Shown here in pieces: positions 55,668 through 64,000 of a DNA stretch of 64,000 bases (position 1 is the stretch's first letter; each line of letters begins with the position of its first letter). Location of the stretch: positions 220,048 through 284,047 of the forward strand of contig DATJAY010000035.1 in the NCBI GenBank assembly GCA_035515795.1, given 5' to 3'. The notes under the pieces were generated by a model. It ran no database searches, had not been told where the DNA came from, and saw only the letters and a program-made list of their open reading frames with translations. The position numbers were made by a program, and so were the translations under genes. Source of the stretch: Candidatus Acidiferrales bacterium. GTDB lineage: Bacteria; Bacteroidota; Ignavibacteria; Kryptoniales; JAKASW01.

Positions 55668-56239
55668 GATTGACGAGAACGGTTCTAATATTCTTTCTGC
55701 TGCTTGGTTCAAACGCGCTGTGCCAGGGTGTTGTCTTTTCTAGAGAAGACATCACATTTCGACTGAGCAGCAAGCACTTCATCGTCGACGGTTATTATTG
55801 GTTTTACAATCTCACAGCCCATGAAGTGAATATGTCAATCTACTATCCGTTCCCCGCGACGGGAAATGCCGGCACGGTAGACTCTGTTGATATTTTTGAT
55901 ATCGCCCAAGAAAGTCAGCCAAAATTTCTTGGCAGGACAGAAACTGGATTCAGCTTCATTTTGACCATCGCGGGCCATGATACGACGCTGTACCATATCG
56001 CATACCGTCAGAAAGTGGCCGGCGACAGTGCGACATATATTTTGCGCTCCACTCATGCCTGGAATAGACCGCTCGACTATGCAGAGTATAAATTAATGAT
56101 TGAGGATTCCATCCGCGTCTTCAAATTTTCTTACGATCCCGATACTCTTTATGATATCGGGGGAAAAAGAATCTACCTCTGGAGGCGCACCAACTTCATG
56201 CCCGAGAGGGACTTTGTGATCCACTTCAAACCCGAATAA
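55664..56239 (+). CDS. Hypothetical secreted protein
   Basis: ATGA overlap with the upstream cargo gene. Signal peptide ..SNALCQG. No family recognised. Confidence 0.5.
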   Translation: MRLTRTVLIFFLLLGSNALCQGVVFSREDITFRLSSKHFIVDGYYWFYNLTAHEVNMSIYYPFPATGNAGTVDSVDIFDIAQESQPKFLGRTETGFSFILTIAGHDTTLYHIAYRQKVAGDSATYILRSTHAWNRPLDYAEYKLMIEDSIRVFKFSYDPDTLYDIGGKRIYLWRRTNFMPERDFVIHFKPE

Positions 56240-56253
56240 ACAGATTCGCGGAA

Positions 56254-56907
56254 TTATTGCTCTGAGGTAAGTTTCCTGTAAGATCTGACGATCGCTTCGT
56301 CGGCTTCATACTTCTTTAGAAAAATCTCGAGCTGCCTCCTTGCACCGAACGATTTGTGGACCTGCGGGTTCTCTATTGCTTTCCGTATTATGTCATTGAC
56401 CTGCCGACCGTTGTAGCTGCCAAAATCATTCAAGAGAGCGCTCGTGGCTTTGGCTTCGTCAAAACTGCGGCTGTGCCCGAGCAGCGTTATCAGTCCATCC
56501 AGAAATTTCCGTTGCAGCTTTCGATTTTTGTGTATCACCTTCGCTATGCCGGAGCAGGATCGGGGAATGTTCTCGATGCGGAAGTTAAACGCCTGATACT
56601 TCGACAAAAAACCGAAAGGATCTATCGACACCTTGAGCGAGACGATGAAGATTCCTCTGGCTACCGCCACACCGCATTCCTGAGAGGTCCACTTGGAGGT
56701 TATGAATTTCTCGGTGAGGAGAGGAAGGAAAGCGTCCGTCCGTTTGAGCTCCGACAGAATTCGTGCTTGCCATTCCTCGGTGGGCTGTATGTCCTCATGC
56801 GCGAGAAAAACGTCCATGCCGTAACGGTTCAGATTAAATTTGATTTCTCCGGCAAGCGTCCTGTCAGATGAATGATAACTTAAAAAAACCTTAAGCCCCG
56901 GTGTCAT
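56254..56907 (-). CDS. TIR-domain protein with uncharacterised helical C-terminal domain
   Basis: KVFLSYHSSDRTLAGEI..GMDVFLAHEDI..W...I...L...DAFLPLLTEKFITSKWTSQECG fits the bacterial TIR pattern, including the S-x-W-x3-E motif. Start taken as ATG 56907 (ORF open to 56976). Confidence 0.65.
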   Translation of the reverse strand: MTPGLKVFLSYHSSDRTLAGEIKFNLNRYGMDVFLAHEDIQPTEEWQARILSELKRTDAFLPLLTEKFITSKWTSQECGVAVARGIFIVSLKVSIDPFGFLSKYQAFNFRIENIPRSCSGIAKVIHKNRKLQRKFLDGLITLLGHSRSFDEAKATSALLNDFGSYNGRQVNDIIRKAIENPQVHKSFGARRQLEIFLKKYEADEAIVRSYRKLTSEQ

Positions 56908-58417
56908 CTTCCCGTTCCACTTTCCGATGCGATAAGTTCCTCCAGACAAAGTAAACCGGAATCCCGAGCAGGACAATTATCATCCCGGGCCACGTGTAGC
57001 GTGGTTTGAAAACCAAAAGGTCAACGGAGATCGCAGCCGCTGCGAGGATGTATAGCGCCGGCACGATGGGATATCCAAATGCTCTATAGGGCCGGTCGAC
57101 TTCAGGACGTTTTTTCCTCAGTATGAAAATTCCTGCTATGGTCATGATGTAGAAAATGAGAACAGCAAATATCACATAATCCAACAAATCACCGTATGTC
57201 CCAGACAAACACAACAAACTTGCCCAAATTCCCTGTACCACCAAGGCGGTGCCCGGTACGGCCTTGTCGTTCAATTTTCCCGCGCTCTGAAAAAAAACAT
57301 TATCCTTCGCCATCGCATAATAAACTCGTGCGCCTGCAAGTATCAATCCGTTGTTGCAGCCGAACGTCGAAATCATTATCAGTATTGCCATAATGATGGC
57401 GGCGGGCGCGCCGAATATCATCGCCGCCCCGGCAGTTGCGACTCTATCGTCTGCTGCAAATTGGATCCCCCGGCTGACCACATCGCTGCCCGCAGGGCTG
57501 CCGCTCAGCGGGAGCACCAAGATATAAGAGACATTTGCGAGAAGATAAAGGATCGTGACCGTCATTGTTCCAAGTGCAAGACTCAGCGGGATGTTCCGTT
57601 TAGGATTGACGACCTCCCCCGCGGTGAATGTGATGTTGTTCCATGCGTCGCTGGAGAAAAGCGATCCTACCATGGCAACCCCGATCGCCGCAGCGAGCAT
57701 CATTCCCGATAACGATTCGATCATGACGACTCTTCCGCCGGAAAGATGAATCCAAGATGCAGACCAGAATCGTGAAAAGTTCGCAGAGATCGCCGGCGCA
57801 TTCCTGCCGATTAACATGCCGAGCAAAATTAATCCGACCAACGCGAGTGTCTTCGTAATTGTGAAAATATTTTGTACGATTTTTCCTTCGCGGAGTCCGC
57901 GCATGTTGACATAAGTGAGAGCTGCAATGCTTGCTATCGCTAGAACTTGCGCCGCGGAAATCCTCAGACCGAATACTGCGGCAATTATATTCGTCTCACC
58001 GAACCACGGGATGAGCACTGCGGTGAACTTTGCAAACGCTACGGCGACTGCGGCAATAGTGCCCGTTTGAATGACAAGAAAAAGTGTCCATCCATACAGA
58101 AAGCCCGCCAGCGGGTTGTACGCTTCGCGCAGGTAGGCATATTGTCCGCCGACATGCGGCATCATGCCGGCGAGCTCGCCGTAACTCAAAGCTGCAATCA
58201 CAGTCACGGCTCCGGTAATCAGCCAAACCAGAAGCAAGTACCCCGGAGAGCCGACAGTTCTGGCAATATCTGCACTGACAATAAAAATTCCTGACCCGAT
58301 CATCGAACCAATGACGATCATGGTCGAATCGAGCAGGCGAAGCTCCCGCTTGAACTCGGGTCTAGGCTCTGCACCAGAGGCGCCTCCACCTTTGGCGGAA
58401 AAACTACCGGCATTCAT
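56891..58417 (-). CDS. APC-superfamily amino-acid permease
   Basis: 508 aa, 12 TM. LLDSTMIVIGSMIGSGIF and GELAGMMPHVGGQYAYL are typical. Confidence 0.85.
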   Translation of the reverse strand: MNAGSFSAKGGGASGAEPRPEFKRELRLLDSTMIVIGSMIGSGIFIVSADIARTVGSPGYLLLVWLITGAVTVIAALSYGELAGMMPHVGGQYAYLREAYNPLAGFLYGWTLFLVIQTGTIAAVAVAFAKFTAVLIPWFGETNIIAAVFGLRISAAQVLAIASIAALTYVNMRGLREGKIVQNIFTITKTLALVGLILLGMLIGRNAPAISANFSRFWSASWIHLSGGRVVMIESLSGMMLAAAIGVAMVGSLFSSDAWNNITFTAGEVVNPKRNIPLSLALGTMTVTILYLLANVSYILVLPLSGSPAGSDVVSRGIQFAADDRVATAGAAMIFGAPAAIIMAILIMISTFGCNNGLILAGARVYYAMAKDNVFFQSAGKLNDKAVPGTALVVQGIWASLLCLSGTYGDLLDYVIFAVLIFYIMTIAGIFILRKKRPEVDRPYRAFGYPIVPALYILAAAAISVDLLVFKPRYTWPGMIIVLLGIPVYFVWRNLSHRKVEREDDTGA

Positions 58418-58554
58418 GTTGGACCTCGTTTTCGTTTCGACAAGACGAAACCATTTTACGGAGAAGAGTAGAATCTAAGTGAACACGTGTTGTCCGGCTG
58501 AGTCTTGCTATCGGGGGGACAAACTCCACGTAGCAAGTTGCAGTTCTCAGCCGT

Positions 58555-60105
58555 TTACCGGCCGTTACCGTGAAGGGCCGCTCTTATTTTACTATGATAC
58601 CGTCCGTATCCAAAGTAAATCGCTAATCCGATAATCAGCCAGACAATCAAGCGCAGCCATGTGTCGAACGGCAGGCTCATCATCAGCAGCGCGGACACGA
58701 GAATGCCCATGATGGGCACGAATGGGACCCATGGTGTCTTAAACGGTCGAGACATTTCCGGCCTGCGTCTTCGGAGAATCCAAACGCCAGTGCTGACAAT
58801 TACGAACGCAAGAAGTGTACCAATGCTTACCAGTTCGCCGAGAATGTCAATGGGGAGCGCCGCAGCGAATATCGCGACAAAAATTCCAACGGCTATTGTC
58901 GAAATCCATGGCGTGCGGAATTTTGGGTGGACTTTGCTGGCCCACTTCGGAAGCAGACCATCGTTCGACATCGAATAGAAAACACGCGATTGACCGAGCA
59001 ACATCACCAACATAACCGTGGCGAGACCGAATATCGCTCCAATTTTCACGAGAAGGCTTCCCCACCTCACACCGGTTGCATCTATGCCCACCGCGACAGG
59101 ATCTGCAACGTTCAGACTGGTGTACGGAACAATTGCTGTCAGAATTCCGGAAACGAGAATATACAGGATTGTGCAAATCAACAATGAGCCCATTATACCG
59201 ATGGGCATGTCCTTCTGCGGGTTCTTGGCTTCCTGCGCGGCTGTCGACACCGCATCGAATCCGATATAGGCAAAGAAAATTACGCTTGCAGCCCTCGCAA
59301 TGCCCGACCAGCCGTACTTGCCGAACTCACCTGTGTTCGGCGGAATGAATTGCTTCCAGTTTATTTTTATCGTCGTATCAGGATGCTGTACCACAAAAGC
59401 TCCTGCTATTATTATGAACACGAGCACGATTGTAACTTTTATTATGACGATCGCCGAATTGAAATTTGCAGATTCTTTTATGCCGATAACGAGCACGGTG
59501 GTGACTATGAAAATAGCGATTGCCGCAAGAAGATTGAACTGCGCAGTGAGATGCGGCAACGACGTCGGATCGATGTGCATCGTAGTCAGCGAGGCACTGA
59601 TGCGAGCAAGCCGCTCCCAGTGACCGTTGAACTGTACCATCATTTCACCGTGTGCGCCGGAAAATTGCGGCGGAAGATATATCCCGAAGTCCTGGAGGAA
59701 GCTGAGCACATAGCCGCTCCAGCCGGAGGCAACGGTCGCCGCTCCGAACGCATATTCCAATATCAGATCCCACCCAATTATCCACGCGAAGATTTCGCCG
59801 AGCGTTGCATAGCCGTATGTATACGCCGAACCCGCGATGGGAATGAGCGATGCAAATTCGGCGTAGCACAATCCGGCAAACAAACAAGCCAGGCCGGCAA
59901 GCACGAACGACAGGACTATCGCAGGTCCCGCGTACTTTGCGGCAGCCGCTCCCGTTAATACAAAAATTCCCGCGCCGATAATTGCACCTACCCCAAGGGT
60001 GGTCAGGTTGAGCGCACCCAAAGAGCGTTTCAGGCCGTGGCCGGTGTCGGCAGTCTCTTTAAGTATTGCATCGATGGGCTTTGTACAAAGAAGTTCTGAA
60101 GACAT
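58555..60105 (-). CDS. Amino-acid permease (cationic amino-acid transporter-like, APC superfamily)
   Basis: 516 aa, ~14 TM. GVGAIIGAGIFVLTG and YAEFASLIPIAGSAYTYGY. Confidence 0.85.
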   Translation of the reverse strand: MSSELLCTKPIDAILKETADTGHGLKRSLGALNLTTLGVGAIIGAGIFVLTGAAAAKYAGPAIVLSFVLAGLACLFAGLCYAEFASLIPIAGSAYTYGYATLGEIFAWIIGWDLILEYAFGAATVASGWSGYVLSFLQDFGIYLPPQFSGAHGEMMVQFNGHWERLARISASLTTMHIDPTSLPHLTAQFNLLAAIAIFIVTTVLVIGIKESANFNSAIVIIKVTIVLVFIIIAGAFVVQHPDTTIKINWKQFIPPNTGEFGKYGWSGIARAASVIFFAYIGFDAVSTAAQEAKNPQKDMPIGIMGSLLICTILYILVSGILTAIVPYTSLNVADPVAVGIDATGVRWGSLLVKIGAIFGLATVMLVMLLGQSRVFYSMSNDGLLPKWASKVHPKFRTPWISTIAVGIFVAIFAAALPIDILGELVSIGTLLAFVIVSTGVWILRRRRPEMSRPFKTPWVPFVPIMGILVSALLMMSLPFDTWLRLIVWLIIGLAIYFGYGRYHSKIRAALHGNGR

Positions 60106-60195
60106 TAATCCTCCGGTTAAATTTGTTGAGACGTGAGCATGTGCCGGAACGCCGCATTCCAGCGATTCTACGCCTCTACTGATTATGACTATGCA

Positions 60196-60759
60196 TCACG
60201 AAACATTATGTCCGTTTGAGCGAGGCAAAAAGGCGCGGTATATTCCCACGGCGGCTGCAAGTTTGATCAGGTCCCAATAGGAAAAAATCAGGAATCCCTG
60301 TACCATGGAGATATGCCAATCGCGTACGTAGACGATATCCAAGTAAAACGCGCCGCACGCAAATATTACGACAAATCCAATGAACATCGACAGCAGGGTC
60401 CAAAGAATAGAATTATCAGCTTTGATGATCGCACCCACGATACCGGCAGCCAAAACGAAACCGAAAAGATAACCGGCGGTGGTCCCGAGAAGTATTGAGA
60501 AACCTGCGGTCGGTCCTGCGAATATCGGAACCCCGACGGCACCCAGAAAAAGGTATAAGAGCACACTAAGGATGCCGTTCCGCCATCCGAGGAATGCGCC
60601 GGCAAGAATCACGAAAAGTGTCTGAAGGGTGAATGGGACCGGCTCATGCGGAATATATATTTGTGCGCCTACAGAAATTAGTGCAGTAAACAACGCGATG
60701 CCTTTTAATTGATCCAGCACTCCTGCTGAGCTTACTGAACGAAGAGTGGCATCTTTCAT
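60196..60759 (-). CDS. bioY: Biotin transporter BioY (solitary S component)
   Basis: SD GGAGG plus ATG 60759. VPFTLQTLFVILAG, GAVGVPIFAG, TAGYLFGF. Confidence 0.85.
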   Translation of the reverse strand: MKDATLRSVSSAGVLDQLKGIALFTALISVGAQIYIPHEPVPFTLQTLFVILAGAFLGWRNGILSVLLYLFLGAVGVPIFAGPTAGFSILLGTTAGYLFGFVLAAGIVGAIIKADNSILWTLLSMFIGFVVIFACGAFYLDIVYVRDWHISMVQGFLIFSYWDLIKLAAAVGIYRAFLPRSNGHNVS

Positions 60760-61109
60760 TTTACCTCCAATCCCTTCCCGAATCTTAAATCCTGCGCCTA
60801 TTGAAAAACATGTCCTGCGATGTACGGCTTCCCGAACTGGATGCTCAGGAAATGGTAAGTGTTTAACTACAATTAGTGACAAGAAATTTAGAATTCATGA
60901 TTTCTTAAAGTGTCTTCATCAGAACCCAAAATATGACCCTGCACGATGAGAATCAAGATTTTCCGAGGAGTCGGAACCAGATTGTTGCCGCGAAGACATG
61001 CACATTTGCCATGGCAACTTGACCGGCGCAAGTTCAGGAATTATATTTTTACGAAATCGATCTTCTAGAACATGTGTTACTTTTAAATACCTAAGAATGG
61101 GGATATAAA

Positions 61110-62150
61110 ATGCAAAAATGGATTTTGGCCTTCATCGTACTATTTGTCGTCAGCTTTCAGACACGGTCAACTGCACAGTCACCGTCAATCAGCTATAAAG
61201 TTGTCAACAAGATTTCTCTTCCAGGAGAGACCGGATGGGATTATCTGTCGATGGAATCTTCTACGGGAAGACTATTCGTCTCCCGGGGGACCATGGTACA
61301 GGTTGTCGACGTTAACAACGGCAAACTCCTCGGCACTATCCCGAACACTCCCGGCGTGCACGGCATAGCATTGGCGGAAGACCTCGGGAAGGGTTATATA
61401 AGTGACGGCGCCGATTCCTCTGTCACCGTTTTCGATTTGAAGACTCTCAACACTCTGACAAAAATCAGTGTGACTGGAAGAGATCCGGATGCAATTTTAT
61501 ATGACCCTTACACGCAAAGGGTTTTCACGTGCAACGGAAGAGCTGCCAACTCAACAGTTATCGACGCGCAGACCGACAAAGTCATCGGGACAATTCCGCT
61601 TACCGGAAGCCCGGAATTTTCCGCAACCGACGGAAACGGAAAAATCTATGTTAACATCGAAAGCAAAAGCGAGATTGATGAGATCAATCCAAAGGAGATG
61701 AAAGTTCTTAATGTGTGGCCGCTGTCACCTGGCGAAGGCCCGAGTGGTTTGGCAATTGATTCCAAGAATCATATCTTATTTTCGGTCTGTCACAATAAAC
61801 TTATGGTCGTGATGGATGCCAACTCTGGGAAAATAAAAGCCACCCTTCCAATCGACGCACGCGTGGATGGTGCGGCTTATGATCCGGAGCTAATGCGGGT
61901 TTACAGCTCAAACGGGGCAGGCACATTGACAATCGTTCAGGAAGCAAATCCGGACAGTTTCATGGTTGCCCAAAATCTCGAGACCCAAGTCAGCGCGAGG
62001 ACAGTCGCTCTGGACAGCAAGACACATCACTTGTACCTGTCGGCAGCAGAGTTCAATCCCCCTCCCCCAGCCACTCCGGATAATCCGCACCCGCGGCCTA
62101 CGATCAAGCCGGGATCATTTGTCGTATTGGAGGTAGCTCCAATGAAATAG
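61110..62150 (+). CDS. YncE/YVTN-like seven-bladed beta-propeller protein
   Basis: Signal peptide. Repeated blade motifs (GRLFVS, VHGIAL, VTVFD, RVFTCNG, KIYVNI, PSGLAID, RVYSSNG, HLYLS). TAG stop. Confidence 0.7.
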   Translation: MQKWILAFIVLFVVSFQTRSTAQSPSISYKVVNKISLPGETGWDYLSMESSTGRLFVSRGTMVQVVDVNNGKLLGTIPNTPGVHGIALAEDLGKGYISDGADSSVTVFDLKTLNTLTKISVTGRDPDAILYDPYTQRVFTCNGRAANSTVIDAQTDKVIGTIPLTGSPEFSATDGNGKIYVNIESKSEIDEINPKEMKVLNVWPLSPGEGPSGLAIDSKNHILFSVCHNKLMVVMDANSGKIKATLPIDARVDGAAYDPELMRVYSSNGAGTLTIVQEANPDSFMVAQNLETQVSARTVALDSKTHHLYLSAAEFNPPPPATPDNPHPRPTIKPGSFVVLEVAPMK

Positions 62151-62206
62151 GTCACGCCCCATGATCTACCCGGCAAATCTGTAAATGTAGTCGTCTGCGA
62201 ACCGGT

Positions 62207-63928
62207 CTATTTTCCTTGAGCCGTCCTAATAACCAGAACCACAGTGGTAACTATTGAAGCCGCCGCGCCGGCAACAGCAAGAATATCCTTGAACATATCC
62301 CAGGTATATAATTCCGGCTTCACGGTCACCTTGGGTATGAAAAGCAAATCACCGGCTTCAATCTTCGTATCGCTTTTGTCATACCAGATATGAGTTTCGC
62401 TCTTAATTATCTTCGTATCGCCCGTCTTCGCATCATCCCCCGCCCCCCCCGCTGCTTTGATGTAGTCCGCGTAATCCCAACCCTCATGATAATCCACATA
62501 TCCCGGATTTCTCACTCGGCCGAAAACGTATATTGCATTAGGAGATTTCGGAACATAGATACTATCTCCACTCCGCAGAGTACAATCGTAATCCTCATCC
62601 TTATTCACAAAAACCTTTACGAAATCAGTGGACACAAGTTCCACGGTCGGGCGAAGAAGTATCTCGCTCGTTAGATACGAAAGATCTTCAAGGGAAACCC
62701 CGGTGGCCCTATAGGTGTAACTCAACGTATCCAGAATTACGGACTGCCTGGACGGAAATGAATGTGTCCTCCGATAGACGAAAGCGTTCGGTAGCGATGC
62801 CCATTTCGTAAATCCACCGGCCAGATTTATGATGGTGCTGAGCCTCGTCGAATCCCTTGATATCGGATAAATCCCCGGGGTTTGCACTTCTCCGCCTACC
62901 CACACGTAATAGTCATTTATTTTCGATCTGTCGGTAGGCACGATGACGCGCGAATTTACGGGCAGCGGTGCGTACACAGCGGATGAATCGTCGAGATTCA
63001 GATCACTTACATCATAGGTTTTCCCGTTCCAGCTTAATATCTTAGCATGTGCCGTATCGGCAAGAGACGTGTGGCCTGCACATAATTCAAGTAGATCCTT
63101 TATTCGATCTCCCGGAACATATTCATAATTCCCCGGCATTTTTACCGCCCCAGAAATGCTTATGCTTCCCGCTTCAAAATTCTCTTTCGGAACAACAATC
63201 GCATCGCCTTCCCTCAAGTAGGGGTCGTCGCTAAGATTTCCTGTCATGTAAAATTTTAAAAGATCCACATTTTCAGACGCACCATCCTTGTGCAACAACT
63301 CGATCCTGCGGAGAGAAAAATCTGGAAAGGGGGCGGCCGTGTCTGCCGTGCTTCTTGGCAAATTGGCAAGCACGAAGGCGCGGTCAACACGATCAAAGGC
63401 TGTCACGATGTAACGTCCGGGTGTATGAACTCTTCCTGAAATCATTACATAAAAACTCTTAGGATAAATTAACGTCAGTGTAATTGTCGATTTCTTGAAC
63501 TGTGTGCCTAACCGCTCCCTTGCATAGGCCTTTGCCTTTGACAGAGTCATTCCCCCAATCCTTAATTCACCGAAGGTCGGAACGATCAGTGTTCCTTCGG
63601 GATTGACACTGAGACTCAACGAAAGCGGAGTCGCCCCCCAAATCCCCACGTTTACAATATCGCCAGGCCCCAAGATGTAGCTGTTGGTATCGACCGGCAT
63701 ATCGTAAGGCGGCGGCTGAACCAGCAGACTCTGAGTCTGGAGATTTCGAAAAAAATCCGCGCTGCTCGTGAACATGCTGGTTGTCAGCGATGGCATTTGA
63801 ATGTTCTGCGTTGATTGAGACAACTGAGATTCAGATGTCTGTTGCTGCTGTTGTTGCGGAATCAACTGAGCGTGCAATGTTCCGGAAAGAAGGCAGTGGA
63901 TAAGCCCTAACAAAAGAAGTTTTTTCAT
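62207..63928 (-). CDS. Polysaccharide export protein (Wza-like Poly_export plus multiple SLBB domains, C-terminal TM)
   Basis: Start at MKKLLLLG (63928). YILGPGDIVNV, repeated GxVxxPGxY SLBB motifs (GRVHTPGRYIV, GAVKMPGNYEY, GEVQTPGIYPI, GRVRNPGYVDY). TAG stop. Confidence 0.8.
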   Translation of the reverse strand: MKKLLLLGLIHCLLSGTLHAQLIPQQQQQQTSESQLSQSTQNIQMPSLTTSMFTSSADFFRNLQTQSLLVQPPPYDMPVDTNSYILGPGDIVNVGIWGATPLSLSLSVNPEGTLIVPTFGELRIGGMTLSKAKAYARERLGTQFKKSTITLTLIYPKSFYVMISGRVHTPGRYIVTAFDRVDRAFVLANLPRSTADTAAPFPDFSLRRIELLHKDGASENVDLLKFYMTGNLSDDPYLREGDAIVVPKENFEAGSISISGAVKMPGNYEYVPGDRIKDLLELCAGHTSLADTAHAKILSWNGKTYDVSDLNLDDSSAVYAPLPVNSRVIVPTDRSKINDYYVWVGGEVQTPGIYPISRDSTRLSTIINLAGGFTKWASLPNAFVYRRTHSFPSRQSVILDTLSYTYRATGVSLEDLSYLTSEILLRPTVELVSTDFVKVFVNKDEDYDCTLRSGDSIYVPKSPNAIYVFGRVRNPGYVDYHEGWDYADYIKAAGGAGDDAKTGDTKIIKSETHIWYDKSDTKIEAGDLLFIPKVTVKPELYTWDMFKDILAVAGAAASIVTTVVLVIRTAQGK

Positions 63929-64000
63929 GTCACCAACGTTTTTTGATGTATTAATAATACTAATAAAGAAAATCCGTTTACTCAAGGTACATTTGACGCA

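Noticed and set aside
59350-59958. 202-codon plus-strand ORF antisense to the permease gene.
   Set aside because: Shadow ORF opposite a well-supported transporter gene.
36089-62209. Genome-wide reassignment of TAG to a sense codon.
   Set aside because: TAG terminates at least seven well-supported genes at natural-looking C-termini, and read-through there gives short nonsense tails. Only local read-through or errors remain plausible (see findings).
62443-62450. C8/G8 homopolymer inside the Wza-like export gene, as a possible phase-variation tract.
   Set aside because: A second C8 run lies inside nrdJ (22672-22679), which is unlikely to be a contingency gene. Two such runs in 64 kb are compatible with chance. 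Both are in frame as they stand.
1-64000. Scan for CRISPR arrays, IS elements/transposases, integrases, prophage genes, rRNA and long direct or inverted repeats.
   Set aside because: None seen by eye. The only tRNA (3283-3356) has no adjacent integrase or duplicated 3' end.

Overview
Gene-dense chromosomal segment with about 55 protein genes, one tRNA and one SRP RNA. It most likely comes from a non-Bacteroidia member of the FCB superphylum (Ignavibacteria/Chlorobi-like). That placement is an inference from a type IX secretion (T9SS) repertoire combined with clear Shine-Dalgarno sites. Most content is housekeeping: dprA, hldD, RNase G/E, mgsA, a PPi-type phosphofructokinase, rnhB-yraN, NfeD-stomatin, class II RNR nrdJ, recO, htrA, aroC, tadA, proBA, bioY, permeases and several two-component proteins. 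T9SS-related content is prominent. It includes the 2369-aa translocon gene sprA, a DUF4835 (PorD-like) gene beside a PorV/PorQ-like barrel gene, and two cargo genes with C-terminal sorting domains. One of those cargo proteins is a nine-haem c-type cytochrome. I saw no CRISPR array, transposase, integrase, rRNA or prophage signal, and no convincing multi-gene defence or novel system. Points worth a second look, in rough order: (1) the T9SS-tagged multihaem cytochrome; (2) in-frame TAG codons in otherwise intact-looking genes (an alpha/beta hydrolase, an adenylate cyclase leader, and a TAG-only junction between two same-frame ORFs), plus a decayed tam gene with a frameshift and an in-frame TGA; (3) a large helix-hairpin-helix plus beta-rich envelope protein next to the PorD-like locus; (4) a lone TIR-domain gene overlapping the end of an amino-acid permease gene; (5) an Rrf2-hemerythrin-YwiC operon with an odd stop-free spacer; (6) a translationally coupled PfkB kinase / MtnA-like isomerase pair. 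All function calls come from reading motifs by eye and from recalled family signatures. No database search was run.
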